Shown here one piece after another: positions 19,485 to 28,547 of a stretch of DNA of 48,254 nt. Under the pieces are notes generated by a model, which made no database searches, was not told the DNA's origin, and saw nothing but the letters and a program-made list of their open reading frames with translations. Position numbers and translations under genes: made by a program. The stretch is taken from NCBI GenBank assembly GCA_016699995.1, contig CP064996.1, positions 478,330 to 526,583 of the forward strand, read 5' to 3'. The first letter of the stretch is position 1. Each line of letters begins with the position of its first letter. This DNA comes from a bacterium. GTDB lineage: Bacteria > Patescibacteriota > Doudnabacteria > UBA920.

Positions 19485-20171
19485 ATGGAAAGTATGGCAT
19501 TTTGGAAGAAAAAAGAACAACCGCAAAAGCAGCCCGGCAAATTGATTGCCATCGAGGGCATAGACGGAGCAGGGAAATCTGCTCAATTAGAATTGCTGGC
19601 CAGAACCCTTACCGATCATAATTATGAAGGGATGATTTTCGAATTCCCCCAATACTCCGAAGTTTCTTCCGGACTGCTAAAAAAATACGCAAACGGCGAA
19701 TACGGGCAACTCACCTCTGAAGGTGCGAGCATTTTATACGCAATAGACAGGCTTGATGCCAGAAATCAAATTACCGAACAACTTGAATCCAGCAAAATCG
19801 TCTTAACCAAAAGATATGTGGCATCTAACGCTGCTCACCAAGGGTATAAGATTACAGATAAGGAGCAGCGAATCAGATTTTATAAATGGCTGGATCAACT
19901 AGAATATTCGACCTTCAACATCCCGCGGCCGGATCTGACAATTGTGCTACACGCCCCAGGCAATGTCCTGTATCAAAATAGCAAGCTTTCTCAGGAAGAG
20001 CTGGCTAAAAACAATGATATTATCAAAAGTTATACAGAAATTGCCAGCCTGCTTCCAAACATAAAATTGGTAGACTGCAGCTCAGACGGTACAATACTAA
20101 CTCCGGCAGAAGTCCATGCAAAGGTATGGGAACTTGTGCGGCGCATAGTTTTAAAAAATAATACTTTTTAA
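19485..20171 (+). CDS. tmk: thymidylate kinase
   Basis: P-loop IAIEGIDGAGKS and the overall dTMP kinase layout. The true start may be the ATG at 19494, 9 nt after TAAAAT. Confidence 0.85.
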   Translation: MESMAFWKKKEQPQKQPGKLIAIEGIDGAGKSAQLELLARTLTDHNYEGMIFEFPQYSEVSSGLLKKYANGEYGQLTSEGASILYAIDRLDARNQITEQLESSKIVLTKRYVASNAAHQGYKITDKEQRIRFYKWLDQLEYSTFNIPRPDLTIVLHAPGNVLYQNSKLSQEELAKNNDIIKSYTEIASLLPNIKLVDCSSDGTILTPAEVHAKVWELVRRIVLKNNTF

Positions 20172-20217
20172 GGAGCAAAGACTGATTCACTCATACAATT
20201 TTTAGGAGGAATAATGA

Positions 20218-20775
20218 ATGTTTATTATTATAGCTGCACTAGCGCAGAATAGGGTAATCGGAAAAGATAACGACCTACCATGGCATTTTCCCGAAGACTT
20301 AAAGCGCTTTAAGGAGCTCACGTTCGGTCATCCGGTAATCATGGGCTGGAATACTTTTGTTTCTATCATCGCCCGCATCGGAAAACCTCTGCCTGGACGA
20401 ATACACTTTGTCCTTACTTCAAAAAAACGGCAAGAGATAATAGAAGCGCTCAAGGCAGAATTGCCAGAGAAGTTTAAGGATTTCAGCATAGACAATTACT
20501 CCGACAGCCTGTTCTTCAGCCGCTCGCTAGGCAATGCTGTGCAGAAAGGGGAGGCACTGTCCAACAAAGTCTTTGCTATCGGCGGCGAACGAGTCTATAC
20601 CGAAGCGCTTAAGAGCGCTGATAAACTTGAGCTTACCTTGGTCAAAAGAGACTATGAAGGCGATGCATTTTTTCCTGAGTTCGACGAAAACAACTGGGAG
20701 AAACAACCGGGACCAGAAGAAAAGGTAAATTCTGAATACGAATTTGCCACCTACAAAAGAATCGGCTATCGCTAA
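20218..20775 (+). CDS. folA: dihydrofolate reductase
   Basis: IAALAQNRVIGKDNDLPWHFPEDLKRFKELT, VIMGWNTF and GGERVY motifs. AGGAGG lies upstream. Confidence 0.85.
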   Translation: MFIIIAALAQNRVIGKDNDLPWHFPEDLKRFKELTFGHPVIMGWNTFVSIIARIGKPLPGRIHFVLTSKKRQEIIEALKAELPEKFKDFSIDNYSDSLFFSRSLGNAVQKGEALSNKVFAIGGERVYTEALKSADKLELTLVKRDYEGDAFFPEFDENNWEKQPGPEEKVNSEYEFATYKRIGYR

Positions 20776-20809
20776 ACCGGCCAGCTCATTCTTATAAACA
20801 ATTAAATAT

Positions 20810-20844
20810 AAGCGCGCCTGCCATGTGGGAGTGCGCTTTTTTTG
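20810..20844 (+). terminator. possible intrinsic terminator after folA
   Basis: agcgc...gcgct stem with a large loop, followed by a T7 run. Confidence 0.45.
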
Positions 20845-20851
20845 TTATAAT
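20843..20851 (+). promoter_or_regulatory. extended -10 promoter (TGtTATAAT), 6 nt upstream of the prfB ATG; leaderless-type
   Basis: tgttataat at 20843-20851. The ATG is at 20858. Confidence 0.5.
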
Positions 20852-20857
20852 AAGCCA

Positions 20858-21949
20858 ATGAATGAATTAATTTCCCAGCTAGAAGAACTTGAGCAAGAAT
20901 CCCAGAATCTAACCGAAAAACTACACCTGGACCAAAAGCAGCAGCGGGTCATGGAGCTTGAGGATCGAATGCAAGCGCCCCAGTTTTGGGACGACCAAGA
21001 AACTGCTCAGAAAATCTCCCAACAGCACAGCAGCCTAACTACTTTCGTAGAATTCTGGAAAGGTCTTAGTGAAAGAATCAACGAACTTAAAGATCTCATT
21101 TCAACCAATACAGACCATTCCACAGAGACAGAAAATTTTTTAGCTGACCAAGTAGGACAGATCATAAAAGAATATCGCCAAAACCGATTAATGGTAATGA
21201 TGAGTGGCAAGCATGACGGCAACAATGCCATTTTCGCCATCCACGCAGGCGCAGGCGGAACCGACGCACAAGATTGGACAGAAATATTGTTACGGCAATT
21301 TTTAAGATACTGCGAAAAACATAATTTAAAAACTGATATCATAGACCAAAGCAAAGGCTCTGAAGCCGGAATCAAATCGGTGACCGTGCATGCCAAGGGT
21401 CCGTTTGCGTATGGCCTGCTTAAAAGCGAAGCAGGCGTGCACCGCTTGGTACGCTTATCGCCATTTAACCCGGCCCACACCAGAGAAACCTCATTCGCCC
21501 TGCTAGAGCTAATTCCCGAGCTAGAAGAACAAGGCTCCGTAAAGCTCGATCCTAAGGACTTAGAGATAGAAGCCAACACATCCTCAGGCCATGGAGGACA
21601 GAGCGTTAACACTACTTATAGCGCTATTCGCATTACCCATAAGCCTACGGGCATCCGCGTCAGTATCCAAAATGAACGCAGCCAGCATCAGAATAAAGAA
21701 TTAGCATTAAAGATTTTAATGGGCAAGCTGCAAGCCCTAGAAGACGAGAAGTTAGCGGCAGAAAAAAAAGAATTGCGAGGAGAATTCAAATCTGCGGAAT
21801 GGGGGAATCAAATTCGCTCTTACGTTTTGCATCCATATAAAATGGTAAAGGATCACCGCACCGGGTACGAAGAATCGGATCCAGATAAAGTACTAGACGG
21901 AGAGCTCGATGATTTTGTAGAAAAATATTTGGAGTCAAAAATCGAATAA
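20858..21949 (+). CDS. prfB: peptide chain release factor 2, encoded in a single frame
   Basis: SPF tripeptide (RLSPFN) and the GGQ motif (SGHGGQSVNTT). The MNELISQLEEL start is at 20858. The ORF is contiguous. Confidence 0.95.
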   Translation: MNELISQLEELEQESQNLTEKLHLDQKQQRVMELEDRMQAPQFWDDQETAQKISQQHSSLTTFVEFWKGLSERINELKDLISTNTDHSTETENFLADQVGQIIKEYRQNRLMVMMSGKHDGNNAIFAIHAGAGGTDAQDWTEILLRQFLRYCEKHNLKTDIIDQSKGSEAGIKSVTVHAKGPFAYGLLKSEAGVHRLVRLSPFNPAHTRETSFALLELIPELEEQGSVKLDPKDLEIEANTSSGHGGQSVNTTYSAIRITHKPTGIRVSIQNERSQHQNKELALKILMGKLQALEDEKLAAEKKELRGEFKSAEWGNQIRSYVLHPYKMVKDHRTGYEESDPDKVLDGELDDFVEKYLESKIE

Positions 21950-21979
21950 GAGCTAGCCGCGCAACACCCTAAATCAAAA

Positions 21980-22005
21980 AAGAACTGCAAGGGGTTGCAG
22001 TTCTT
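21980..22005. terminator. hairpin terminator between convergent genes
   Basis: Stem aagaactgcaa/ttgcagttctt with loop gggg. Confidence 0.6.
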
Positions 22006-22055
22006 CTAAAATCTTTTAGCGCAAGGGGGCGCTTTTGCACAATCACTCAAGGGGG

Positions 22056-22406
22056 TTAGATGATTGCGTAATTAAATCCAGGGCGAGTTTGTAGTTGGTT
22101 CATTTGCTGAGACCATGAAGGCGGCTCCGAAGTATGAATGCTTTCGGTGTCGACAACCATGGCTATAAGCTGGCCACTCAAAATTGGAAGACGCTCCAGC
22201 TTACCTGCACAGCTGCTGCAGCCAATGACGTGATCGGTTATCTGACCGAACAAATCATCGTCCATTCTGACTGTGCCTTTAAGATGCTGCTCAACCTTGC
22301 CGAGCATCATCTCGGATAAGCAAATATTGGAGAATTGAGACTCATCAAGCTGTCTCGAAACCTCACCGTTACTTATCCTTCCGCATGCTACTAACTTACC
22401 ATTCAT
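22056..22406 (-). CDS. hypothetical protein with an H-x3-C-x2-C (ZAS anti-sigma-like) motif
   Basis: DHVIGCSSC motif. The ATG at 22406 is preceded by AGGAGG. A TGgTACAAT box lies further upstream. Confidence 0.45.
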   Translation of the reverse strand: MNGKLVACGRISNGEVSRQLDESQFSNICLSEMMLGKVEQHLKGTVRMDDDLFGQITDHVIGCSSCAGKLERLPILSGQLIAMVVDTESIHTSEPPSWSQQMNQLQTRPGFNYAII

Positions 22407-22597
22407 ATTCCTCCTGTTTCCTTCCGAGAAGCGCTCGGTACGCATTGCCATTATTGGCCAATTCACAATAGAGGTATTGTACCATACGGCGGCAAAAAAT
22501 GCAAGGATACTAGTGAGCTAAAGATCTTATGCAAATACAAAAGGCTTGGGAACCGTTCCACGATAGCAATATCATGGGTTTTTTATATGCTAAAATG

Positions 22598-22606
22598 TGA
22601 TATAAT
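22598..22606 (+). promoter_or_regulatory. extended -10 promoter (TGaTATAAT), 8 nt upstream of the ftsE ATG
   Basis: tgatataat at 22598-22606. The ATG is at 22615. Confidence 0.5.
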
Positions 22607-22614
22607 AAATTTAC

Positions 22615-23292
22615 ATGATTCATTTCAAAAAAGTTACCAAATACTACGGCAATCATAAAGCTTTAAACAACATCGACCTCCGAATTGATCAGGGGGAATT
22701 TGTTTCTTTAGTGGGTATGAGCGGTGCCGGAAAATCAACTTTAATGAAGCTACTGGTGGGAGAAGAAGAACTAGACGACGGAAGCATACTCATCGACGAT
22801 ATCGACATGACCAGAATCCGCAAGACCGACCTGCCGTACCTGCGCAGGAAGATCGGGGTTGTGTTTCAGGATATAAAACTGTTACCAAAACGGACTGCGT
22901 TCGAAAACGTTGCTTTTGCCATGGAGGTTTCTGGCCATCGCAAAGAACAGATAAACAAAGACGTGCCAAAAATTTTAGACTTAGTAGGATTGAACCATAA
23001 AAAAGATAACTTCCCGCACGAAATGAGCGGCGGCGAAAAGCAGCGCGTGGCAATTGCGCGCAGCTTGGCGCATCGTCCGGTTTTGTTATTGGCAGACGAA
23101 CCAACCGGCAACCTCGACGAAATCAATGCAGCAGAAGTTATCGACCTGCTGTTAAAAATCAACGAACTTGGTACAACTGTAATCTTAGCGACCCATGCAG
23201 CCGATTTAGTAAACAAGATCCGCAAGCGCGTTATCACTATCGAAGGCGGGCAAATTACCATGGAACAGCTAAAAGGAAAATACAAACTCTAG
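22615..23292 (+). CDS. ftsE: cell division ABC ATPase FtsE
   Basis: Walker A GMSGAGKST, signature MSGGEKQRV and Walker B LLLADEPTGNLD. Followed by ftsX. Confidence 0.9.
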   Translation: MIHFKKVTKYYGNHKALNNIDLRIDQGEFVSLVGMSGAGKSTLMKLLVGEEELDDGSILIDDIDMTRIRKTDLPYLRRKIGVVFQDIKLLPKRTAFENVAFAMEVSGHRKEQINKDVPKILDLVGLNHKKDNFPHEMSGGEKQRVAIARSLAHRPVLLLADEPTGNLDEINAAEVIDLLLKINELGTTVILATHAADLVNKIRKRVITIEGGQITMEQLKGKYKL

Positions 23293-23293
23293 C

Positions 23294-24211
23294 ATGAAAG
23301 CATTCATCTCACTGTTTCGCATCATCAAAAGCGGTATAACCAATCTAAGGCGCAATCTCTGGCTGGCAGGTGCGTCCACTTTAATCATGACTATTACGCT
23401 GATTATCCTTTCGGTGTTGAGCCTGCTGTTCATCATCACCAGCTACTCTGTAAAATCAATCCAGCAGCGCGTGGACATTAGCGCTTACTTCAAGAGCGAC
23501 GTGTCAGAAGCCCGCGTGCTCACTATACGAGATGAAATCCGCCGGGACTCGCGCATTAAGGAAGTAAACTACGTATCATCCGAACAGGCTCAGGCTGCGT
23601 TCCGCGAAAAGCACCAAGGAGACCAGTTAATAATTGATTCGCTAGGGGAATTAAGCGAGAATCCATTCCCGCCGACTTTGCAAATCAAGGCGGTAAAACT
23701 TGAAGATTTTCCTGCCATTGCAGAATCGCTCAAGGCTGATAAATATAAAGATATAATTTCTGAGGTAAACTTTGAAGATAACCGAGTTATAATCGAACGA
23801 CTCAACTCGCTGTTAAAATTTATCATTACTTTCGGCTTAGTGTTGATGATCGTATTCTGCTTAATCGCTATCCTGGTAATATTTAATACTATTGCCCTCA
23901 CCATTTACAACCGCCGCGAAGAAGTGGAAATTATGCGCCTGGTAGGAGCTACTAACTGGTACATCCGTGGGCCGTTTATTGTGGAGGCATTTATGTACAG
24001 CATTATTGCGGCAGCCATTACCAGCGCATTGCTCATACCCTTGTACTTCCAAATGCTGCCACGCATCAGCAATTACCTCACTCCTGGAGCTAACATCTTC
24101 AACGGCAACATTAGTGTCTTCCTGCTCGTTGTCGTCATCCAACTGATAATCGCATTCATCCTGAGCACTATCTCCAGCCTGCTCGCCATGCGCAAATATT
24201 TACGCATCTAA
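23294..24211 (+). CDS. ftsX: cell division permease-like protein FtsX
   Basis: N-terminal TM, extracellular loop and three C-terminal TM helices. Starts 1 nt after ftsE. Confidence 0.85.
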   Translation: MKAFISLFRIIKSGITNLRRNLWLAGASTLIMTITLIILSVLSLLFIITSYSVKSIQQRVDISAYFKSDVSEARVLTIRDEIRRDSRIKEVNYVSSEQAQAAFREKHQGDQLIIDSLGELSENPFPPTLQIKAVKLEDFPAIAESLKADKYKDIISEVNFEDNRVIIERLNSLLKFIITFGLVLMIVFCLIAILVIFNTIALTIYNRREEVEIMRLVGATNWYIRGPFIVEAFMYSIIAAAITSALLIPLYFQMLPRISNYLTPGANIFNGNISVFLLVVVIQLIIAFILSTISSLLAMRKYLRI

Positions 24212-24288
24212 GGACTTCAGAAAAGCCCTAAAAGGGTGGGTCGCGCTGGATATCCACAGTGAAGTTGTGGATTAATACTTGACAAGCA

Positions 24289-24316
24289 TTGACAAAGGCT
24301 CAATTTCATGTATAAT
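24289..24316 (+). promoter_or_regulatory. consensus sigma70 promoter (TTGACA-16 nt-TATAAT)
   Basis: TTGACA at 24289-24294, with a second TTGACA at 24279-24284. TATAAT at 24311-24316. Confidence 0.6.
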
Positions 24317-24327
24317 AAGAAAGAGCC

Positions 24328-24358
24328 AAAACTCTCCACGGAGAGTTTTTTTGTTTTT
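24328..24358 (+). terminator. intrinsic terminator or attenuator hairpin between the promoter and rplI
   Basis: Stem aaaactctc/gagagtttt with loop cacg, followed by tttgttttt. Confidence 0.6.
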
Positions 24359-24389
24359 AAAACTAATAATGATTAGTAACTAATAATAA

Positions 24390-24836
24390 ATGAAAGTCAT
24401 TTTACTGAAAGACGTACCCAAGGTTGGCCGCAGCGGCGAAGTTAAAGAAGTTAACGCCGGTTTTGCGACCAACTTTTTGATTAAAAAAGGATTGGCTAAA
24501 TTGGCAACCGCAGAAGCACAGGCGCAGCTCGAAAAAGGAAAGAAGGAATTATCGGCTAAAAAGCAAAAGGAGCAAAACAAGCTTAACAAAGACAAAGACG
24601 AACTCGAGAGACGAACATTTACCGTAAAAGTGAAAACAGGGGATAAAGGACAAATCTTTGGCGGCGTACACGAACAAGACATCGCCAGAGCTGTATTCCA
24701 AAAAACAAAAATTAAATTAGAAAAATCCCAGATAGGAGCGCACAAGGGAATTAAAGAATTAGGAGAACATGCTATAGATATAAAATTAGGTTCGGGCGTA
24801 ACTGCCAAGACAAAAATTAATATAGAAAGTTTATAA
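24390..24836 (+). CDS. rplI: 50S ribosomal protein L9
   Basis: [37 protein letters not shown]-terminal domain, a long charged helix and a C-terminal domain. Confidence 0.9.
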   Translation: MKVILLKDVPKVGRSGEVKEVNAGFATNFLIKKGLAKLATAEAQAQLEKGKKELSAKKQKEQNKLNKDKDELERRTFTVKVKTGDKGQIFGGVHEQDIARAVFQKTKIKLEKSQIGAHKGIKELGEHAIDIKLGSGVTAKTKINIESL

Positions 24837-24868
24837 ATAAAAAATTAACATAGAAAGTCTATAAATGT
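24813..24868 (+). repeat. tandem 28-nt duplication spanning the rplI stop codon
   Basis: 24813-24840 and 24841-24868 match at 24 of 28 positions: aaaattaatatagaaagtttataaataa / aaaattaacatagaaagtctataaatgt. Confidence 0.8.
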
Positions 24869-25696
24869 ATGAAGGAACACTTCAATAAGTTAGTTAGCGT
24901 GCTGATAGTTCTCGTAGTTTTAATCCTGCTGTACATAGGCAGTGTGATATTGAAAAAGAACACCACCTCGGAAGCACCAGCCACTCAAACACAGCCTCAA
25001 GCGGAGCAGAACTCTGCCGCCTCAGAACCCAGCGAGAGCACCCCTCAAGTTAGCTTTAGCTATGATTACGTAGCTAATTATAAGGAAAGTGGCGGTTATA
25101 CCGAGCAAAATTATGATGGGAAAATCATCAGAACCAACACAGAAACCAACGAGGTAACTACAATGATACCCAGCGTAAAACAGGCTTATCCGAAATTAAA
25201 GGAATATAAAAATCTTTCCCTGCAGAACCTCAACAGGTCGGAAAAGACAGGCAATCTGTATCTGACAACAGTACTCATGGAAAGCGACGGCGGACGCAAC
25301 GGCATTGTAAAATACGATCCTAAAACAAATAAGCTGACAGAATTAAAGATTAGCGATTACTTCAGAATATACAGCGCTAGAGAGTCTGCTAACTCCCCAT
25401 TTGCCGCAAGCATTCTAACGCCGGCAGAGAACATGGATACTAAGGATCCAAAAAAGCTCTACTTATTAGACTTGGATAACGACACGGTAAAAACCCTGAC
25501 AACCTTGCCAAAAGGACAGACTTTTAATTACTGCTATATCGGCGGCTGCATGTTCGGCGTAATGCCAGAAATCAAATGGCTGTCGGCTGAAGAATTTGAA
25601 GTGACAGTATTTAGCACCACCCAGACCGAAAAGGATGGATACGGCAATGATATGTCAAAACGCTTAAAGAAACTGAAATTTAACGTCAATCAATAA
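24869..25696 (+). CDS. hypothetical membrane-anchored exported protein
   Basis: N-terminal TM helix, then a low-complexity linker and a globular region. No motif recognised. Confidence 0.55.
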   Translation: MKEHFNKLVSVLIVLVVLILLYIGSVILKKNTTSEAPATQTQPQAEQNSAASEPSESTPQVSFSYDYVANYKESGGYTEQNYDGKIIRTNTETNEVTTMIPSVKQAYPKLKEYKNLSLQNLNRSEKTGNLYLTTVLMESDGGRNGIVKYDPKTNKLTELKISDYFRIYSARESANSPFAASILTPAENMDTKDPKKLYLLDLDNDTVKTLTTLPKGQTFNYCYIGGCMFGVMPEIKWLSAEEFEVTVFSTTQTEKDGYGNDMSKRLKKLKFNVNQ

Positions 25697-27405
25697 TGTC
25701 CTACCATATCAAGAACCGTAAAGCTAAAAAACTCAACACAAAATTTATCTTTGTCTCCGGAGGTGTAATTTCCGGAGTAGGGAAGGGCGTCACTACTTCT
25801 GTAATTGCCACGCTGCTGCAGTCACGCGGCTATGTTGTAGCGCCAGTTAAATGCGATGCTTACTTAAATGTCGATGCCGGCACCATCCGCCCACAGGAAC
25901 ACGGCGAAGTATTTGTCACCGACGACGGCATGGAGACTGACCAGGACCTAGGCAACTATGAACGTTTTTTAAATACAGACCTATCCAAAGCCAACTATGT
26001 TACTAACGGACAACTGTACCAAACAATTATTCAGCGCGAGCGCAATTTTGAATACGACGGCGAAGATGTAGAAGTTGCCTTACATGTTCCGGAAGAAATA
26101 ATTAATCGGCTTGAGCAGGCTGCACGAACAATGAAAGCCGACTTTGTAATTTGCGAAATCGGCGGCACCGTAGGGGAGTATCAAAACATTCTCTTTATAG
26201 AAGCTAACCGTATAATGAAGTATCGCGATGGCCGCGAAACTGCCCATGTTCATGTGGGTTACTTGCCAACACCTCCATCGCTCGGGGAAATGAAGTCTAA
26301 ACCGGTCCAAAATTCTGTTAAGCAGCTTATATCTTCTGGCATTCAGCCAGACTTTCTGGTTGCCCGTGCAGAAGGGGCACTGGATGATCGACGCAAGCAA
26401 ACTCTAGCTTGGACAACCAACATTCCTGCGGAGCACATCATTTCGGCGCCAAATGTAGACACTGTTTACCGCGTACCAAGCAATTTTGATAAGGAAGGTT
26501 TTACCGATCAGCTGCTCAACCACTTCAACATGCCGAGCAAGAAACGCGACCTGCGCAAGTGGAATAATTTGGCCGCAAAAGTGTCTAAACTACAAAAATC
26601 CGACAAGCGTTTGCGCATAGCTGTAGTAGGCAAATATTTTGAGACCGGGGATTTTAAGCTATCTGATGTGTACGTTTCGGTAATTGAAGCTCTCAAGCAT
26701 GGCGGTTGGGCCAATAACCAGGCTATTAAGCTCGAGTGGATTTCTAGCGCCACCATCGAAAAGCAAGGGGTAAAAGTAGTGCTCAGCGGTTACGACGGCA
26801 TATGCGTTCCTGGCGGTTTTGGCAGCCGTGGAGTGGAAGGAATCATTCAGGCTATAGAATTTGCCCGCAAGAATAAAATTCCATATTTAGGATTATGTTA
26901 TGGAATGCAATTGGCAACCATCGAGTTTGCCCGCAATGTTGCAAGATTAAAAACCGCCCATACGACAGAGGTTGAGAGCAAGACCAAACACCCGGTGATT
27001 CATATTATGCCGGAACAGGAAAAATTGTTACTCAATCGCGAGTACGGAGCCACCATGCGCCTGGGCGCCTGGGACTGCGTGCTTACCGAGGGAACTAATA
27101 CTGCGAAAGCTTATGCCAAAGCCGGCTGGATTAATCCCAACGGGCGCGGGCGCGGCAAAAATACTATTTCCGAACGCCATCGCCACCGCTATGAATTTAA
27201 CAATGAATATCGCGAACGGCTCGAAGCTAAAGGTTTAGTCGTAAGCGGCACGACGCCCGATGGCCAATTAGTAGAAATTATCGAGCTCAAAGACCATCCG
27301 TTCTTTATTGGCACCCAATTTCATCCGGAATTTAAGTCCCGGCCGCTAGACCCACACCCCTTGTTTGTTGAGTTTATCCGTGCTATTGTAAAGCAACAAA
27401 AATAA
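25696..27405 (+). CDS. pyrG: CTP synthase
   Basis: KFIFVSGGVISGVGKG, and the GATase GLCYGMQ and HRHRYE motifs. Confidence 0.95.
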   Translation: MSYHIKNRKAKKLNTKFIFVSGGVISGVGKGVTTSVIATLLQSRGYVVAPVKCDAYLNVDAGTIRPQEHGEVFVTDDGMETDQDLGNYERFLNTDLSKANYVTNGQLYQTIIQRERNFEYDGEDVEVALHVPEEIINRLEQAARTMKADFVICEIGGTVGEYQNILFIEANRIMKYRDGRETAHVHVGYLPTPPSLGEMKSKPVQNSVKQLISSGIQPDFLVARAEGALDDRRKQTLAWTTNIPAEHIISAPNVDTVYRVPSNFDKEGFTDQLLNHFNMPSKKRDLRKWNNLAAKVSKLQKSDKRLRIAVVGKYFETGDFKLSDVYVSVIEALKHGGWANNQAIKLEWISSATIEKQGVKVVLSGYDGICVPGGFGSRGVEGIIQAIEFARKNKIPYLGLCYGMQLATIEFARNVARLKTAHTTEVESKTKHPVIHIMPEQEKLLLNREYGATMRLGAWDCVLTEGTNTAKAYAKAGWINPNGRGRGKNTISERHRHRYEFNNEYRERLEAKGLVVSGTTPDGQLVEIIELKDHPFFIGTQFHPEFKSRPLDPHPLFVEFIRAIVKQQK

Positions 27406-27436
27406 ACACATTTTGCTTTATACAGGAGGAACGAAT

Positions 27437-27775
27437 ATGTTGCTTTTTTTGAAAAAATGCACTAACTGCGGCACTACCAAACAGGATCCCAAAATGAACA
27501 CCACTATGTGCCCGGAATGCGGACGGAACCGCGAATTCATGCCTGCCGAAAGGGCTGCTGATAACGGCCCCGCGCCTAAGGTTCACGCCGAAGCTACTTC
27601 TCCAAATCTGGAGGAACTCAGAAAAAAATACCTCGGAAACCGCAGACCCGCAACCCCTGCTCCGGCTCAACCTGCCCCCGCGCATGATATCGTGATAATG
27701 GTTGAGCATCCGGTAATTGGGAAAAAGGCCGTCATCCTGGATCAGCAGGGTACGATTATAGGAGAACAAGGATAA
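27437..27775 (+). CDS. small zinc-ribbon protein (paralog A)
   Basis: CTNCGTTKQD...MCPECGRNREF (C-x2-C...C-x2-C). AGGAGG lies 6 nt upstream of the ATG at 27437. Confidence 0.6.
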   Translation: MLLFLKKCTNCGTTKQDPKMNTTMCPECGRNREFMPAERAADNGPAPKVHAEATSPNLEELRKKYLGNRRPATPAPAQPAPAHDIVIMVEHPVIGKKAVILDQQGTIIGEQG

Positions 27776-27782
27776 GACAATT

Positions 27783-28037
27783 ATGGGAGTTATCATGCCG
27801 CCCTGCGATAGATGCGGTTCCACGAAACAGGACGCCGGACTAGGCAGCACCATCTGCCCTGATTGCCGCCAGGACCGGGAGCTAGTTATCGGCCCAGGCG
27901 GTAATGACTACGGTGCAGAGATGCCTATGCCAGCAGGCTTGCCGCAAGAAGACAAAGATCTGCTTAACGATATCCTGACTGATCTGCAAGAAGACAGAAA
28001 GTTAAAAACAGTTGAAGATGCACTTGAAGGAGGTTAA
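27783..28037 (+). CDS. small zinc-ribbon protein (paralog B)
   Basis: CDRCGSTKQD...ICPDCRQDREL, collinear with paralog A. Confidence 0.6.
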   Translation: MGVIMPPCDRCGSTKQDAGLGSTICPDCRQDRELVIGPGGNDYGAEMPMPAGLPQEDKDLLNDILTDLQEDRKLKTVEDALEGG

Positions 28038-28141
28038 AAATGAAAGCTGCATTTAAGTCAACCTAGCATCGGTCCAAGCAAAGCCCTTCCCGCATTACTA
28101 TACGAACACGGAGGCCGCTTTTGTAGGGCCACTAGGTTCAC

Positions 28142-28177
28142 AAAAACCGCGCATCAAGCGATGCGCGGTCTTTTATT
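28142..28177. terminator. bidirectional intrinsic terminator
   Basis: Stem accgcgcatc/gatgcgcggt flanked by aaaaa and ttttattt. It serves rpmA (minus strand) and the zinc-ribbon genes (plus strand). Confidence 0.75.
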
Positions 28178-28184
28178 TGTGCAA

Positions 28185-28487
28185 TTATTTTGCTGCCGGT
28201 TTGCTAGTGGCTACTGGTTCAACATTTACAATGCGAGTAGAACGCAAGTTGCCGTGGAACTTCTTCAACATCTTAGTCTGGAATTTTACAATGCCTGTGA
28301 CTAAGGAGTAAAGAGTATCGTTGCCACCTTTTTTTACATTCTTGCCAGGGTGCCATTTGCTGCCATGCTGGCGAACAATAATTTCACCTTTTTGAACGTA
28401 TTGGTCACCAAAGACCTTTACGCCTAATCGTTTGGATACGGAGTCTCGTCCTAAACTGGTAGAACCTCCGGCTTTCTTATGAGCCAT
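28185..28487 (-). CDS. rpmA: 50S ribosomal protein L27
   Basis: [31 protein letters not shown]...[18 protein letters not shown]. Confidence 0.95.
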   Translation of the reverse strand: MAHKKAGGSTSLGRDSVSKRLGVKVFGDQYVQKGEIIVRQHGSKWHPGKNVKKGGNDTLYSLVTGIVKFQTKMLKKFHGNLRSTRIVNVEPVATSKPAAK

Positions 28488-28547
28488 ATTTCTCTATATA
28501 TCTTTATCAAATCCTTTACCTATGTTGGGGCAGTGACTTTTCTAAAG

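Noticed and set aside
20825-21949. Looked for the programmed +1 frameshift site (CTT TGA C) usual in prfB.
   Set aside because: The RF2 reading frame is continuous from the ATG at 20858 to the stop, so no frameshift is needed. The GTG at 20825 in the track overlaps the folA terminator and is unlikely to be the start.
27383-27853. 156-aa minus-strand ORF overlapping both zinc-ribbon genes.
   Set aside because: The two plus-strand ORFs share a conserved four-Cys motif with each other, and the first has a well-spaced AGGAGG. The antisense ORF has no motif and no ribosome-binding site.
28039-28068. Eight-codon mini-ORF (MKAAFKST) with a well-spaced AGGAGG that overlaps the stop of the second zinc-ribbon gene.
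   Set aside because: It is too short to evaluate, and the SD-like sequence is simply the last codons (GAA GGA GGT) of the preceding gene. There is no supporting feature.
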